A stretch of 64,000 nt of DNA, from the NCBI GenBank assembly GCA_034004685.1, contig JAVEWG010000016.1:383-64382 (forward strand). Reading direction: 5' to 3'. This DNA is from Rhodocyclaceae bacterium (GTDB lineage: Bacteria > Pseudomonadota > Gammaproteobacteria > Burkholderiales > Rhodocyclaceae). The notes beneath the pieces are model-generated. The model was not told where the DNA came from, searched no databases, and saw only the letters and a list, made by a program, of their open reading frames with translations. Positions 46,662 through 57,432 of this stretch are shown one piece after another (positions within the stretch are counted from its first letter, which is position 1; each line of letters begins with the position of its first letter). A program made the translations under genes and the position numbers.

Positions 46662-47462
46662 TTAAGACCCAACGGGCCATTCAGCAAGGAAAGCCTGCCA
46701 ATGGGGTGCAGGGAGATGGTTCAAGGCCTCTCTGACGGCCTCCAGCTCAGTCTGATAGGCAGGCTGGTCCAGCACCCCCCGCATGAGTTGAAAGCGCAGA
46801 AAGACCAAATAGGTATTGACAACGTCCGTCTCGCAGTAATCCCGGATTTCAGCAATCCGACCCGCTTGATACGCATCCCACACCTGATCCCCTGCCATTC
46901 CCACCTTGCCCGGCAGGCCCATCAGCTTGGCCAGCTTGTCCATGGGCGCATTGGCCCGGGCCTGATACAGGGCCAGCAGATCCATCAGATCCACGTGGCG
47001 GGTGTGATAGCGGCTGATGTAATTGTTCCATTTGAACTCCCGGGAATCGGAGAAATCACCGTCGCCCAAGTCCCAATAGCGGGCTGCGCTGACCCCGTGC
47101 ATCAAACCCCGGTAGTGGAGAACCGGCAGGTCGAAGCCCCCTCCGTTCCACGACACCAGTTGAGGCGAAAACCTTTCGATGCCGTCGAAGAAGCGCTGGA
47201 TGATCTGGGCTTCGGAGGCCTCGGGCTCCGATAGGGAAAACACCCTGAACTGACTGGCATCCCGCAATACACAGGAGATGGTGACTACCCGCTGAAGGTA
47301 ATGAGGCAGGAAATCATTGCCGACTGTAGCCCGACGCTGCTGAAAGGCCAGTTCTGCCACCTCGAAATCGGAGAGATCGTCAGGTAGCTCCTGGAGACGC
47401 CGGATACCCGCCACATCTGGGATCGTCTCGATGTCGAAAACGAGTACGGACACTGGACTCAA
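46662..47462 (-). CDS. predicted 3'-5' exonuclease (PolB-exonuclease-like, RNase H fold)
   Basis: ...VLVFDIETIPD... (ExoI DxE), ...LVSWNGGGFDLPVL... (ExoII), ...IRDYCETDVVNTYLVF... (ExoIII YxxxD). 266 aa. Confidence 0.75.
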   Translation of the reverse strand: MSPVSVLVFDIETIPDVAGIRRLQELPDDLSDFEVAELAFQQRRATVGNDFLPHYLQRVVTISCVLRDASQFRVFSLSEPEASEAQIIQRFFDGIERFSPQLVSWNGGGFDLPVLHYRGLMHGVSAARYWDLGDGDFSDSREFKWNNYISRYHTRHVDLMDLLALYQARANAPMDKLAKLMGLPGKVGMAGDQVWDAYQAGRIAEIRDYCETDVVNTYLVFLRFQLMRGVLDQPAYQTELEAVREALNHLPAPHWQAFLAEWPVGS

Positions 47463-47465
47463 GCC

Positions 47466-48356
47466 TCAGGCAGGGAACACGCCGGTGGAGAGGTATCGGT
47501 CGCCCCGATCGCAGACAATGGAAACGATCACCGCGTTTTCCACCTGGGCAGCGATCCGCTGCGCCACATGCATCGCCCCACCAGAGGAAATTCCGGCGAA
47601 GAGCCCCTCCTCCCGAGCCAGCCGACGGGTCATTTCCTCGGCATCGGCCTGGCTTACATACTCCAGCCGATCCACGCGGCCTGGTTCAAAAATCTTGGGC
47701 AGATAGGCCTCCGGCCACTTGCGGATACCCGGGATCTGGGCCCCATCCTCGGGCTGACAGCCAATCACCTGAATCGCCGGATTGACCGATTTCAGATAGC
47801 GGGACACCCCCATGATGGTGCCGGTGGTACCCATGCTGGACACGAAGTGGGTAATACTGCCTCCGGTCTGCTCCCAGATTTCCGGACCTGTTCCTTCCAC
47901 ATGAGCCAGAGGATTATCCCCGTTACCGAACTGGTCCAGGATCCGGCCCTTGCCTTCGTCCCGCATGCGTTCGGCCACGTCTCGGGCCAGCTCCATGCCC
48001 CCCGCCTTCGGGGTAAGCACCAGTTCGGCGCCGAAGGCTCGCATGGTCTGGCGCCGCTCCACGCTCTGGTTTTCCGGCATGACCAAGATCATCCGGTAAC
48101 CACGGATGGCAGCCGCCATGGCCAGGGCAATACCGGTATTGCCGCTGGTCGCTTCGATCAGGGTGTCTCCGGGCTGGATCTCACCCCGGGTCTCGGCCCG
48201 CATGATCATGGACAGCGCCGGCCGGTCCTTCACTGAACCCGCTGGATTGTTGCCTTCCAGCTTGGCGAGGATGACGTTGTTGCGGCCGGCGCTGATGCGC
48301 TTGAGGCGGACCAGCGGGGTCTTGCCCACATAGTCCTCGAGAGTCTTGAATTCCAT
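47466..48356 (-). CDS. cysM: cysteine synthase B
   Basis: Start placed at ATG 48356 (MEFKTLEDYVGKTPLV...). ...KLEGNNPAGSVKDRPALSMI...EATSGNTGIALAM...FVSSMGTTGTIMG...CDRGDRYLSTGVF is collinear with CysM. Confidence 0.93.
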   Translation of the reverse strand: MEFKTLEDYVGKTPLVRLKRISAGRNNVILAKLEGNNPAGSVKDRPALSMIMRAETRGEIQPGDTLIEATSGNTGIALAMAAAIRGYRMILVMPENQSVERRQTMRAFGAELVLTPKAGGMELARDVAERMRDEGKGRILDQFGNGDNPLAHVEGTGPEIWEQTGGSITHFVSSMGTTGTIMGVSRYLKSVNPAIQVIGCQPEDGAQIPGIRKWPEAYLPKIFEPGRVDRLEYVSQADAEEMTRRLAREEGLFAGISSGGAMHVAQRIAAQVENAVIVSIVCDRGDRYLSTGVFPA

Positions 48357-48422
48357 GGCCTGAATGTTGTGGGGAATTAGCGGCCACCCCATCTTACCTC
48401 AGGGGCGACCCGCCGCTGCCAT

Positions 48423-49745
48423 TCAGGCCCGACCAATGCCGTAATAGTCGATGCCCAGGGGCCGCAAGCTAGCCGGGTCGTACATGTTGCGACCGTCAAA
48501 GATCACCGGCTCCTTGAGACGGCCCTTGATGACATCGAAATCCGGACTGCGGAATTCCTTCCACTCTGTGACGATCACCAAGGCATCGGCTCCCTCCAGG
48601 GCGCTGTTGGGGCGCCCCGCATAGGATAGGCCCGGCAGGTCGCCAAAAATCCGCTCGGCCTCCTGCATGGCCACCGGGTCGTAAGCCATCACCGTGGCGC
48701 CGCGCCGCAGCAACTCACCGATGATCACCCGGCTGGGCGCCTCCCGCATGTCGTCGGTATTGGGCTTGAAGGCCAAGCCCCATAGGGCGAAACGGCGGCC
48801 GGAAAGATCCTTCCCGTAGCGGCCCACGATCTTGTTGAGGAGCACGTGCTTCTGGGCGTCATTGGCATCCTCCACGGCGGTCAATACCTTAAGGCCCTGG
48901 CCGTGCTCCCTGGCGGCCTGGATCAAGGCCTTCACGTCCTTGGGGAAACAGGACCCCCCATAACCACAGCCGGCGTAAAGAAAGTGCCAACCGATGCGGG
49001 GATCGGAACCGATGCCCTGGCGCACCAGCTCGATGTCCGCCCCCAGGATTTCAGCCAGATTGGCCAGCTCGTTCATGAAACTGATGCGGGTGGCCAGCAT
49101 GGCGTTGGCCGCGTATTTGGTGAGTTCGGCGCTGCGCACATCCATGAAAACCAGTTTTTCGTGGTTGCGCTGGAAGGGCGAATAGAGCTGGCGCATCAGG
49201 GTGCGAGCCTGTTCGTCGGCGACTCCGACAATGATCCGGTCCGGCCGCATGAAATCCTCCACCGCAGCGCCTTCCTTGAGGAACTCAGGATTGGAAACCA
49301 CGCTGAAGCTCAACTCGCTGCCCCGCTTGGCCAGCTCCTCGGCCACCGCGGCCCGAACCTTGTCGCCGGTTCCCACCGGTACGGTGGACTTATCCACTAC
49401 CACCCGGTAGCCATCCATGTGGCGCCCGATATTGCGGGCCGCTGCCAAAACATATTGGAGATCGGCCGAACCATCCTCATCGGGAGGCGTACCCACCGCG
49501 ATGAACTGGATGGTGCCGAACTTGGCCGCCCGTTCCACATCGGTGGTGAATTGGAGCCGACCCGCCTCCACGTTGCGGTGGACCACCTCCTGCAAACCTG
49601 GCTCATGGATCGGGATGCCCCCCTCTTCAAGAATCTTGATCTTGGCGGGATCCACATCCAGACACAGTACATCGTTACCCACATCCGCCAGACAGGCACC
49701 AGACACCAAACCCACATACCCGGTGCCGATCACCGTGATCTTCAT
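48423..49745 (-). CDS. ugd: UDP-glucose 6-dehydrogenase
   Basis: [32 protein letters not shown]...GGSCFPKDV...; 440 aa. Confidence 0.93.
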   Translation of the reverse strand: MKITVIGTGYVGLVSGACLADVGNDVLCLDVDPAKIKILEEGGIPIHEPGLQEVVHRNVEAGRLQFTTDVERAAKFGTIQFIAVGTPPDEDGSADLQYVLAAARNIGRHMDGYRVVVDKSTVPVGTGDKVRAAVAEELAKRGSELSFSVVSNPEFLKEGAAVEDFMRPDRIIVGVADEQARTLMRQLYSPFQRNHEKLVFMDVRSAELTKYAANAMLATRISFMNELANLAEILGADIELVRQGIGSDPRIGWHFLYAGCGYGGSCFPKDVKALIQAAREHGQGLKVLTAVEDANDAQKHVLLNKIVGRYGKDLSGRRFALWGLAFKPNTDDMREAPSRVIIGELLRRGATVMAYDPVAMQEAERIFGDLPGLSYAGRPNSALEGADALVIVTEWKEFRSPDFDVIKGRLKEPVIFDGRNMYDPASLRPLGIDYYGIGRA

Positions 49746-49822
49746 GACAAAACCTTTCTCTGACTAATTTCGGTCTGGCCGGGATGATACGGTCCCGCCC
49801 TGTTGGCTGTTCGGCTCGCCCA

Positions 49823-50998
49823 TCACGGAGCGAGATCGAACTCCTCGGTACGCCGAGGTGGATAGGTTTCCCATCCCCCACAGGCCGGGCAACGCCAGTA
49901 CAGCTGGCGAGCCTTGAAGCCGCAAGTATTGCAGCGGTAGCGGGCAACCCGCCGGGTGTGACCATGAATGAGTTGCTTCATCAACTCGAGGTCTCCCCGT
50001 GCGTCGGCCGAGGCAGTGAGCAGGGCAGCCTCCAGGAGCTTGTCCAGGCCCAAAAGAGTCGGATTGCGCCGCAACTCCTCCCGCACCAGTTCGTAGGCGG
50101 GGGCGGGGCCAGCCTTTTCCAGTTCCCAATGGAAAACCTCGTCGAGGAGATCCAGGGAAGGATGCTGATCCAGGTAGGAGCGCAACAGGGCGATGCCCTG
50201 CTCCACCCGCCCCATCCGTCGATAGGCGTCCATGATCCGCTCAGCCACCAAGGCAAGGTACACCGGATCCTGAACCTCAACCCGCTTCCAGACCTCGAGT
50301 GCCTCGTCCTCGCGCCCCTCGGCCAGGCGCAGATCCCCAAGGATGATGCTGGCGCGCACACACTTCGGATTGACCTCAAGAGCCTGGGCCAGCGCCTGGC
50401 CGGCAGCGTCAAAGCGGGAGTTGGCCAAGTCTCCGGCAGCGATCTCGCAATGGAAATTGGCGACTTCCTTGCGCCATAGCAGGCTCTCGTGATCCGGCAA
50501 AGCCTGCGCCGCGTCGATGGCTTTCCGCCAGTCTTTTTCCTGTTGGTAGATTTCCAGCAGGTATTGGAGGGCCACCTCGTTCAGTCGGGTGCCGCGCAGT
50601 CGCGTGAATACGCTCTCGGCCCGATCCAGCAAGCCGGCCTTGAGAAAATCCTGCCCCAGTTCGGCCAGTGCCTGGAGGCGCTGATCTTCGGAAAGGTCAT
50701 CCCGATCCACCAGATTCTGGTGCATCCGGATTGCCCGATCGGTCTCGCCCCGGCGGCGGAACAAACTGCCCAGAGCAAAGTGAAGCTCTACCGTCTGAGG
50801 ATCAATCTTGACCGCCTCGATGAAGGCATCGATGGCCTTGTTGGGCTGCTCATTGAGAAGGAAGTTAAGCCCGGTCAGATAGGAGCGGGGCAACGCCCGT
50901 GACTCATGGACCACCTGGCGAATATCAATGCGCGCAGCCAGCCAACCCAGAGCAAAGAACAAGGGCAGGGCCAGCAGCCACCATAGCTGAATCTCCAT
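49823..50998 (-). CDS. lapB: lipopolysaccharide assembly protein LapB (YciM)
   Basis: N-terminal TM helix, TPR repeats, and a C-terminal rubredoxin-like CNTCGF...WRCPACGGW. Follows lapA by 3 nt. Confidence 0.9.
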   Translation of the reverse strand: MEIQLWWLLALPLFFALGWLAARIDIRQVVHESRALPRSYLTGLNFLLNEQPNKAIDAFIEAVKIDPQTVELHFALGSLFRRRGETDRAIRMHQNLVDRDDLSEDQRLQALAELGQDFLKAGLLDRAESVFTRLRGTRLNEVALQYLLEIYQQEKDWRKAIDAAQALPDHESLLWRKEVANFHCEIAAGDLANSRFDAAGQALAQALEVNPKCVRASIILGDLRLAEGREDEALEVWKRVEVQDPVYLALVAERIMDAYRRMGRVEQGIALLRSYLDQHPSLDLLDEVFHWELEKAGPAPAYELVREELRRNPTLLGLDKLLEAALLTASADARGDLELMKQLIHGHTRRVARYRCNTCGFKARQLYWRCPACGGWETYPPRRTEEFDLAP

Positions 50999-51001
50999 GG
51001 A

Positions 51002-51304
51002 TCAGAGGGTTTCCGGCGCTTGGCCATCCACCAGGGGAACCGGGAGCTTGCTGGACGCCCGATCATCAACGCCAGCTCGACGCAAACGGCCGATCTCCCT
51101 GCGTTGGCGCAGGATGGAAGCCAAGGTGGCCGTGACCCCCAGGACCGCACCAGCAGAGAAGAACACCAGAATCACGAAGACCAGGGGCAGACGCCACTCC
51201 CCCCCGAAGTAAAAATTCAGGGTCACGATCTGGTCATTCTTCACGGCAAAACCGAAGAGAAAGACAAACAGTACCCCACGCAGGAACCACATGATCCATT
51301 TCAT
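51002..51304 (-). CDS. lapA: lipopolysaccharide assembly protein LapA (YciS, DUF1049)
   Basis: 100 aa, two TM helices, in the conserved position between ihfB and lapB. Confidence 0.8.
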   Translation of the reverse strand: MKWIMWFLRGVLFVFLFGFAVKNDQIVTLNFYFGGEWRLPLVFVILVFFSAGAVLGVTATLASILRQRREIGRLRRAGVDDRASSKLPVPLVDGQAPETL

Positions 51305-51332
51305 GGGGCAGAATTATCGCCGAGGCCGGTAC

Positions 51333-51360
51333 AAAAAAGAAGGCGGCTTTCGCCGCCTTC
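51333..51360 (-). terminator. Rho-independent terminator after ihfB
   Basis: Minus strand gaaggcggc-gaaa-gccgccttc followed by tttttt. Confidence 0.7.
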
Positions 51361-51387
51361 CGTTTTCACGACCAACCACAGCCGTAA

Positions 51388-51672
51388 TCAGCCCAGGGCA
51401 TCCACCCGCTCCCGCAGCTCCTTGCCGGCCTTGAAGTGGGGTACATGCTTCTCGGGCACCCGCACCTTTTCCCCCGATTTGGGATTGCGTCCCACCCGGG
51501 GCGGCCGGTAATTCAGCGCGAAACTGCCGAACCCGCGGATCTCGATGCGACCCCCTTGGGAAAGGGTGTCGGTCATGGCATCGAGAATCATCTTGACCGC
51601 GAAATCCGCATCCTTGGCAACCAACTGAGGAAAACGCTCAGCCAGTCGCACAATGAGCTCCGACTTGGTCAT
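51388..51672 (-). CDS. ihfB: integration host factor subunit beta
   Basis: [33 protein letters not shown]...[30 protein letters not shown].... Confidence 0.95.
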   Translation of the reverse strand: MTKSELIVRLAERFPQLVAKDADFAVKMILDAMTDTLSQGGRIEIRGFGSFALNYRPPRVGRNPKSGEKVRVPEKHVPHFKAGKELRERVDALG

Positions 51673-51684
51673 GACGGGGGACGA

Positions 51685-53391
51685 TCAGGACTTCTGCTCG
51701 TTCAGCTTGGCCTTGAGGAGCGCCCCCAGGTTGGTGGTGCCGCTCACAGCGTCGGAGGAGGCCAGCTTGTGCATGGCTTCGGACTGCTCGGCCTGATCCT
51801 TGGCGCGGATGGAGAGGTTGATTGAGCGGGTCTTGCGATCCACGTTCACAATCATGGTCTCCACTTCGTCGCCTTCCTTCAGGACGGTGGTGAGGTCGTC
51901 CACCCGATGGGCAGCCGCTTCGGAAGCTCGCAGGTAGCCTTCCACCTCATCGCCCAAGGAGATCACCGCACCGCGGGCATCCACGGACTTCACGGTGCCA
52001 CGGACCAGGCTGTTCTTGTCGTGGGTAGCGATGAAGTTGGTGTAGGGGTCCCCTTCCATCTGCTTGATGCCCAGGGAAATGCGCTCCCGCTCCACATCGA
52101 TGGCCAGCACGATGGCTTCCACTTCGTCGCCCTTCTTGAACCGCCGGACGGCATCTTCGCCGGTCTCGCTCCAGGACAGATCGGACAGATGCACCAAGCC
52201 ATCGATACCGCCTTCCAGGCCAATGAACACGCCGAAGTCAGTGATGGACTTGATCTGACCGCGAACCTTGTCGCCCTTCTTGTGGTTGATGGCGAAATCA
52301 TCCCACGGGTTGGAAGCGCACTGCTTCATGCCTAGGGAGATGCGGCGGCGATCTTCGTCGATCTCGAGGATCATCACTTCCACTTCGTCGCCCAGCTGGA
52401 CGACCTTGGTGGGGTGAATGTTCTTGTTGGTCCAGTCCATTTCGGACACATGCACCAGACCTTCGATGCCCTGCTCCACTTCCACGAACGCGCCGTAGTC
52501 GGTGATGTTGGTCACCTTGCCGAACATACGGGTGCCCTGGGGGTAACGGCGGGAGATGCCCACCCACGGATCTTCGCCCAGCTGCTTGAGGCCCAGGGAA
52601 ACGCGGTTCTTTTCCTGGTCGAACTTGAGCACCTTGGCTTCGATCTCGTCGCCCACCGCCAGCACTTCGGAGGGGTGACGGACACGGCGCCAGGCCAGGT
52701 CGGTGATGTGCAGCAAGCCATCGATGCCGCCCAGATCCACGAACGCGCCGTAATCGGTGATGTTCTTGACCACACCCTTGACCACGGTGCCTTCCTTAAG
52801 GTTTTCGAGCAGCTTCTGGCGCTCTTCACCCATGGTCTCTTCCAGCACGGCGCGGCGGGACACCACCACGTTGTTGCGCTTGCGGTCGAGCTTGATGACC
52901 TTGAACTCGAATTCCTTGTTCTCGTAGGGCGTGGTGTCCTTGACCGGACGCATGTCCACCAGGGAGCCCGGCAGGAAGGCACGAATGCTGTTGGTCATGA
53001 CGGTCAGGCCGCCCTTGACACGGCCGCTGATCAAGCCCTTGACCAGGATGCCTTCGTTCAGAGCCTTTTCGAGATCGTTCCAGGCGGCAATGCGCTTGGC
53101 CTTGTCGCGGGAAAGACGGGTTTCGCCGTAGCCATCCTCAAGCATCTCGATGGCCACCTGGGTGTAACCACCCGGCTGTACCTCGAGTTCGCCCCGATCG
53201 TTGCGGAACTCATCGATGTTGACGTAGCTCTCGGACTTCAGGCCGGCGTTGACCACCACGAAATTCTGGTCGATGCGGACCACTTCGGCGGTGATGACTT
53301 CACCCGCGCGCATTTCCTGACGCGCGAGGCTTTCTTCGAAAAGAGCGGCAAAGCTCTCCATGCTGGGAACAGCGGAGGAGGTAGTGGACAT
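51685..53391 (-). CDS. rpsA: 30S ribosomal protein S1
   Basis: 568 aa with six S1 repeats (...[31 protein letters not shown]... and so on). Confidence 0.97.
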   Translation of the reverse strand: MSTTSSAVPSMESFAALFEESLARQEMRAGEVITAEVVRIDQNFVVVNAGLKSESYVNIDEFRNDRGELEVQPGGYTQVAIEMLEDGYGETRLSRDKAKRIAAWNDLEKALNEGILVKGLISGRVKGGLTVMTNSIRAFLPGSLVDMRPVKDTTPYENKEFEFKVIKLDRKRNNVVVSRRAVLEETMGEERQKLLENLKEGTVVKGVVKNITDYGAFVDLGGIDGLLHITDLAWRRVRHPSEVLAVGDEIEAKVLKFDQEKNRVSLGLKQLGEDPWVGISRRYPQGTRMFGKVTNITDYGAFVEVEQGIEGLVHVSEMDWTNKNIHPTKVVQLGDEVEVMILEIDEDRRRISLGMKQCASNPWDDFAINHKKGDKVRGQIKSITDFGVFIGLEGGIDGLVHLSDLSWSETGEDAVRRFKKGDEVEAIVLAIDVERERISLGIKQMEGDPYTNFIATHDKNSLVRGTVKSVDARGAVISLGDEVEGYLRASEAAAHRVDDLTTVLKEGDEVETMIVNVDRKTRSINLSIRAKDQAEQSEAMHKLASSDAVSGTTNLGALLKAKLNEQKS

Positions 53392-53475
53392 AGTTAAAAG
53401 TGACCCAAAACGACCGCCAGGACGACGGTCAGACAGTTGGTTGCAATACCGCCCGGAGGAGATCCGGGCGACCCT

Positions 53476-55437
53476 TCATGCCGAACCCCGTATCCACCCG
53501 AGGGCGGCTGTGACGGCTTGATCCACGTCCAGCCCGCTCGTATCGAGGAGATGCGCATCCGGCAACTTCCGCAGGGGGGCGACCGAGCGGGAAGCATCCC
53601 GCTCATCCCGCTCCCGCAGATCCTGCGAAAGGCTTTCCATGCTAGCAGCCATTCCCTTCTCTATCAACTGCTTATAGCGGCGATCGGCCCGGGCCTCGAC
53701 GCTGGCGGTGAGGAAGATCTTGCAGGTGGCGTCCGGAAAGACTACCGAGCCCATGTCCCGCCCTTCGGCCACCAAGCCCGGTGCCCGGCGGTAAGCCCGC
53801 TGACGGGCCAACAAGGCATCCCGCACCGCAGCCACGGCCGCCACCTTGGAAGCCCCGCTGGAGCAGGCCTCGCTGCGGATCGCTTCGGTCACGTCCTCGC
53901 CGGAGAGTTCGATGCTCCCGTCCCGAAACACCGCGGGCAGCTCAGCCGCCAAGGACGCCAGGGCGGCACCATCATCTAGGGCCACGCCAGCGCGCATCGC
54001 CGCCAGGGCCACCAGGCGATAGAGGGAACCGCTATCCAGGTAGTGGTAACCCAAGGCCCGGGCTACCCGGGCCGCCACCGTACCCTTGCCCGAAGCCGAG
54101 GGTCCATCGATGGCCACCACCGGTACAGCCTGAACCACCTTGGCAAAGCTCTCGAAGTAGGTCGGGAAGGTCTTGTTCACGCACTTGGGATCGAGAATCC
54201 TTACTCCCACGCCCCCCAACGCCACCAGGGAAAAACACATGGCCATGCGATGGTCGTCGTAAGTGGCGATGGCCGCGTCTGGCCGCAGCCCTCCTGCCGG
54301 CGGGGTCACCACCAGGAAGTCAGCCCCCTCCTCCACCCGGGCACCCACCTTACGCAGCTCGGTGGCCATGGCGGCGATCCGGTCGGTCTCCTTGACCCGC
54401 CAGCTGGCGATATTCCTCAAACGACAGGAACCATCGGCGAACAACGCGGCCACCCCCAGGGTCATGGCGGCATCGGGAATGTGGTTGAGATCCAGGTCGA
54501 ACGCTTTCAAGGAACCGGATTCGGGGCCCCGGGCCTCGATCCAGTTCTCCCCCATCTCGATGCGGGCGCCGAGTTGGGCCAAAGCTTCGGCGAAGCGCAC
54601 GTCCCCCTGGATACTGTCCCGCCCTACACCTTCCACCCGCACCGGCCCGCCGCCGATGGCTCCAGCAGCCAGAAAATAGGATGCAGAGGAGGCATCCCCC
54701 TCCACGAACAACACCCCCGGACTGCGATAACGCACGCCCCCCGGGATGCGGAAACGGCTCCAACCCTCCCGCTCCACCACCACGCCAAAACGGGCCATGA
54801 GATCCAGGGTGATGCCGATGTAGGGCTTGGAGATCAGCTCCCCCACCACCTCCACGGTGGTCTCCACCCCGGCCAGGGGCAGCGCCATCAGCAGTGCCGT
54901 GAGGAATTGGCTGGAAACATCTCCCCGCACCCGCACCACCCCACCCGGGGCGAGCTGGGCGGGATGGATCTGCAGGGGCGGATAGCCTTGCTGCCCCAGG
55001 TAATCCACCCGGGCGCCGAGCTGACGCAGGCCTTCCACCAAATCACCGATGGGCCGCTCGTGCATGCGGGGCACCCCGGCGAGCCGGTAGCTGCCGCCGG
55101 ACAGGGCCAGGGCGGCCGTCAAAGGCCTGAAGGCGGTGCCGGCATTGCCCAGGAAGAGATCACCACTCTTCTCCGGGAAGGGACCACCGGCCCCCACAAC
55201 CCGGTAATCATCAGTGCCCGGGTCCCGGGCCCACCGGATCCCCAGGGCAGTGAGCGCCTCCAGCATCCGCTCCACATCGTCGGACGCCAGCAGATCCCGG
55301 ATGTGGGTTTCACCTTCCGCCAAAGCCGCCAGCAGCAGGCTACGGTTGGAGATGCTTTTAGAGCCGGGCAGCCGCACCGAACCCCGGGCCCCCAGAAGGG
55401 GCGGCAGATCGAGGTATTCCATGAAAGATTCAGCCAT
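53476..55437 (-). CDS. aroA/cmk: bifunctional 3-phosphoshikimate 1-carboxyvinyltransferase / cytidylate kinase (fused AroA-Cmk)
   Basis: One uninterrupted frame. The EPSP synthase module ([20 protein letters not shown]...NAGTAFRPL...[10 protein letters not shown]...[13 protein letters not shown]) runs directly into the Cmk module ([14 protein letters not shown]...YLDSGSLYR...[12 protein letters not shown]...). The junction is near 54127. Start is ATG 55437 (MAESFMEYL, 8-nt overlap with the tyrA stop) or ATG 55422. Confidence 0.9.
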   Translation of the reverse strand: MAESFMEYLDLPPLLGARGSVRLPGSKSISNRSLLLAALAEGETHIRDLLASDDVERMLEALTALGIRWARDPGTDDYRVVGAGGPFPEKSGDLFLGNAGTAFRPLTAALALSGGSYRLAGVPRMHERPIGDLVEGLRQLGARVDYLGQQGYPPLQIHPAQLAPGGVVRVRGDVSSQFLTALLMALPLAGVETTVEVVGELISKPYIGITLDLMARFGVVVEREGWSRFRIPGGVRYRSPGVLFVEGDASSASYFLAAGAIGGGPVRVEGVGRDSIQGDVRFAEALAQLGARIEMGENWIEARGPESGSLKAFDLDLNHIPDAAMTLGVAALFADGSCRLRNIASWRVKETDRIAAMATELRKVGARVEEGADFLVVTPPAGGLRPDAAIATYDDHRMAMCFSLVALGGVGVRILDPKCVNKTFPTYFESFAKVVQAVPVVAIDGPSASGKGTVAARVARALGYHYLDSGSLYRLVALAAMRAGVALDDGAALASLAAELPAVFRDGSIELSGEDVTEAIRSEACSSGASKVAAVAAVRDALLARQRAYRRAPGLVAEGRDMGSVVFPDATCKIFLTASVEARADRRYKQLIEKGMAASMESLSQDLRERDERDASRSVAPLRKLPDAHLLDTSGLDVDQAVTAALGWIRGSA

Positions 55438-56308
55438 TCTGGACCCGCGCGCCCCACGCATTGCGGGCTTCGCGGGCTTCATTGAAGATGCGTTCCAACT
55501 CGTCCCCTTTGCCAGCCACCAACAAGGCCCGCAGATAGGCAAGCTCCGCCAGGTAGGCGTCCAGCTCCCCCAACAGGGCATGGCGATTGGCCAGACAGAT
55601 ATCCCGCCACATTTCCGGGTGACTGCCGGCGATGCGGGTGAAATCCCGGAAGCCGCCAGCGGCGTAGCTGAAGAGGAGTTCGGAATTGGCCCGACCGGCC
55701 AGATCATGAACCAGGCCGAAGGCCAGCAAATGGGGCAGGTGGCTTACCGCGGCAAAGACCCTGTCGTGTTCCTGGGGGCTCATTTCACAGATCACCGCCC
55801 CGCAGGCGGCCCAGGCCGCCCGCACCCGCTCCACAGCCTCCGGAAGATTCTCCGGCAAGGCGGTAATGACCACCTTGCGATCCTGATAAAGGGATGGGAA
55901 AGCCGCCCCAACCCCGCTCTTTTCGGCACCGGCGATGGGATGGGCGGGCACCGTCCAGGCCAGGTGGGACCCCAGGTGGCGATATACCGCCTCGATGACG
56001 TCCCGCTTGGTGCTGCCCGCATCGGTCACCACCGTGCCAGGTTGCAGATGGGGTGCCATGGCGGCCATGATGGCGTCCATCTGCCCCACCGGGGCCGCCA
56101 GCAGCACCATATCGCATCCGTCCAGGGCTTCGGCCCAGTCCAGGGTATAAGCGTCCACCACCTGCTGATCCAGGGCGGCCCGGAGGGAAGCCTCCGAGCG
56201 GCCCACCCCGATAACCCGCTCCACGGCCCCAGCGGCCCGCAGGGCCAGGGCGAAGGAGCCGCCAATCAGGCCAACCCCGCACACCACCAGTTTTTTGATG
56301 AGCGGCAT
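55430..56308 (-). CDS. tyrA: prephenate (or arogenate) dehydrogenase
   Basis: ...[18 protein letters not shown]... Rossmann motif. 292 aa, in the conserved hisC-tyrA-aroA position. Confidence 0.9.
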   Translation of the reverse strand: MPLIKKLVVCGVGLIGGSFALALRAAGAVERVIGVGRSEASLRAALDQQVVDAYTLDWAEALDGCDMVLLAAPVGQMDAIMAAMAPHLQPGTVVTDAGSTKRDVIEAVYRHLGSHLAWTVPAHPIAGAEKSGVGAAFPSLYQDRKVVITALPENLPEAVERVRAAWAACGAVICEMSPQEHDRVFAAVSHLPHLLAFGLVHDLAGRANSELLFSYAAGGFRDFTRIAGSHPEMWRDICLANRHALLGELDAYLAELAYLRALLVAGKGDELERIFNEAREARNAWGARVQNG

Positions 56309-56311
56309 TGC

Positions 56312-57409
56312 TTACGCCAAGGCGATTTTCAGGGCCGCCAGGAAGCGCTGGTTCTCTTCCGGCAGCCCGATGGAAATCCGCAGCCATTCGGGCATGCCGT
56401 ATCCGCCGATGGGGCGAACGATCACACCCTGGCGGAGCAGGCTGGCATTGACTGCAGCTCCGTTCCCGACCCGGACGGTGACGAAATTGCCCGAGGAAGG
56501 GATCCATTCCAGACCCAGCTTGGCGAAGGCCTCCACGAGCTGGCGCATGCCCCGCCTGTTGACTTCCGCGCTCTGGGAAAGGAATTCCTGATCGTCAAGA
56601 GCGGCTGCGGCCGCCGCCAGGGACAGGTTATTGACATTAAAGGGCTGGCGCACCCGATTGAGCAAACCCACTACCTCGGGGTTGCCCAGTCCGTACCCCA
56701 CCCGCAGCCCGGCCAGGCCGTAGGCCTTTGAGAAGGTACGGGAAATCAACAGGTTGGGAAAGCGGGGCAGCCAGCTCACAGCATCGTAGGCCTGATCGGC
56801 GGCCAGATATTCGGTGTAGGCTTCATCCAGCACCACCAACACTTGGCGGGGCACGGACTCCAGGAAGGCCAGGACCTCCTCCCCCGGCACGAAGGTACCG
56901 GTGGGATTATTGGGATTAGCAATGAACACCACCCGAGTGTCCGACCGGATCGCCCGAGCCATGGCCGGCAGGTCATGGCCGAAGTTCCGGGCCGGCACTT
57001 CGATGCCGGCGGCGCCGACGGTCTGGGTTGCCAGGGGATAGACGGCGAAGGCGTACTGGGCATACACCGCCGACAACCCCGGAGCCAGGAACGCCCGGGC
57101 CGCCATGTCAAGCACGTCATTGGAGCCATTGCCCAGCACGATCTGGCTGACATCCACCCCAAAGCGCCGGCACAGGGCAGACTTGAGCTCGAAACCGTTG
57201 CCGTCCGGGTAACGGGGCACCTCCGCCACCGCGGCCAGGAGTGCATTCCGGGCGCGCCCGCTCATCCCCAGGGGATTTTCGTTGGAAGCCAGCTTGACGA
57301 TCCCCGCCTCGGCCAGGCCCATCTCCCGGGCCAGCTCGGAAATCGGCTTGCCTGGCTGATAGGGGGCGATGTTGCGGATGTATTCCGGCGCTGGAATGGG
57401 ACAGGCCAT
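56312..57409 (-). CDS. hisC: histidinol-phosphate aminotransferase family (aromatic cluster copy)
   Basis: 365 aa. ...KLASNENPLG..., ...SRTFSKAYGLAGLRVGY... (PLP lysine motif). Confidence 0.9.
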   Translation of the reverse strand: MACPIPAPEYIRNIAPYQPGKPISELAREMGLAEAGIVKLASNENPLGMSGRARNALLAAVAEVPRYPDGNGFELKSALCRRFGVDVSQIVLGNGSNDVLDMAARAFLAPGLSAVYAQYAFAVYPLATQTVGAAGIEVPARNFGHDLPAMARAIRSDTRVVFIANPNNPTGTFVPGEEVLAFLESVPRQVLVVLDEAYTEYLAADQAYDAVSWLPRFPNLLISRTFSKAYGLAGLRVGYGLGNPEVVGLLNRVRQPFNVNNLSLAAAAAALDDQEFLSQSAEVNRRGMRQLVEAFAKLGLEWIPSSGNFVTVRVGNGAAVNASLLRQGVIVRPIGGYGMPEWLRISIGLPEENQRFLAALKIALA

Positions 57410-57432
57410 GAAACTCTCCTCGGGCGACTGGT

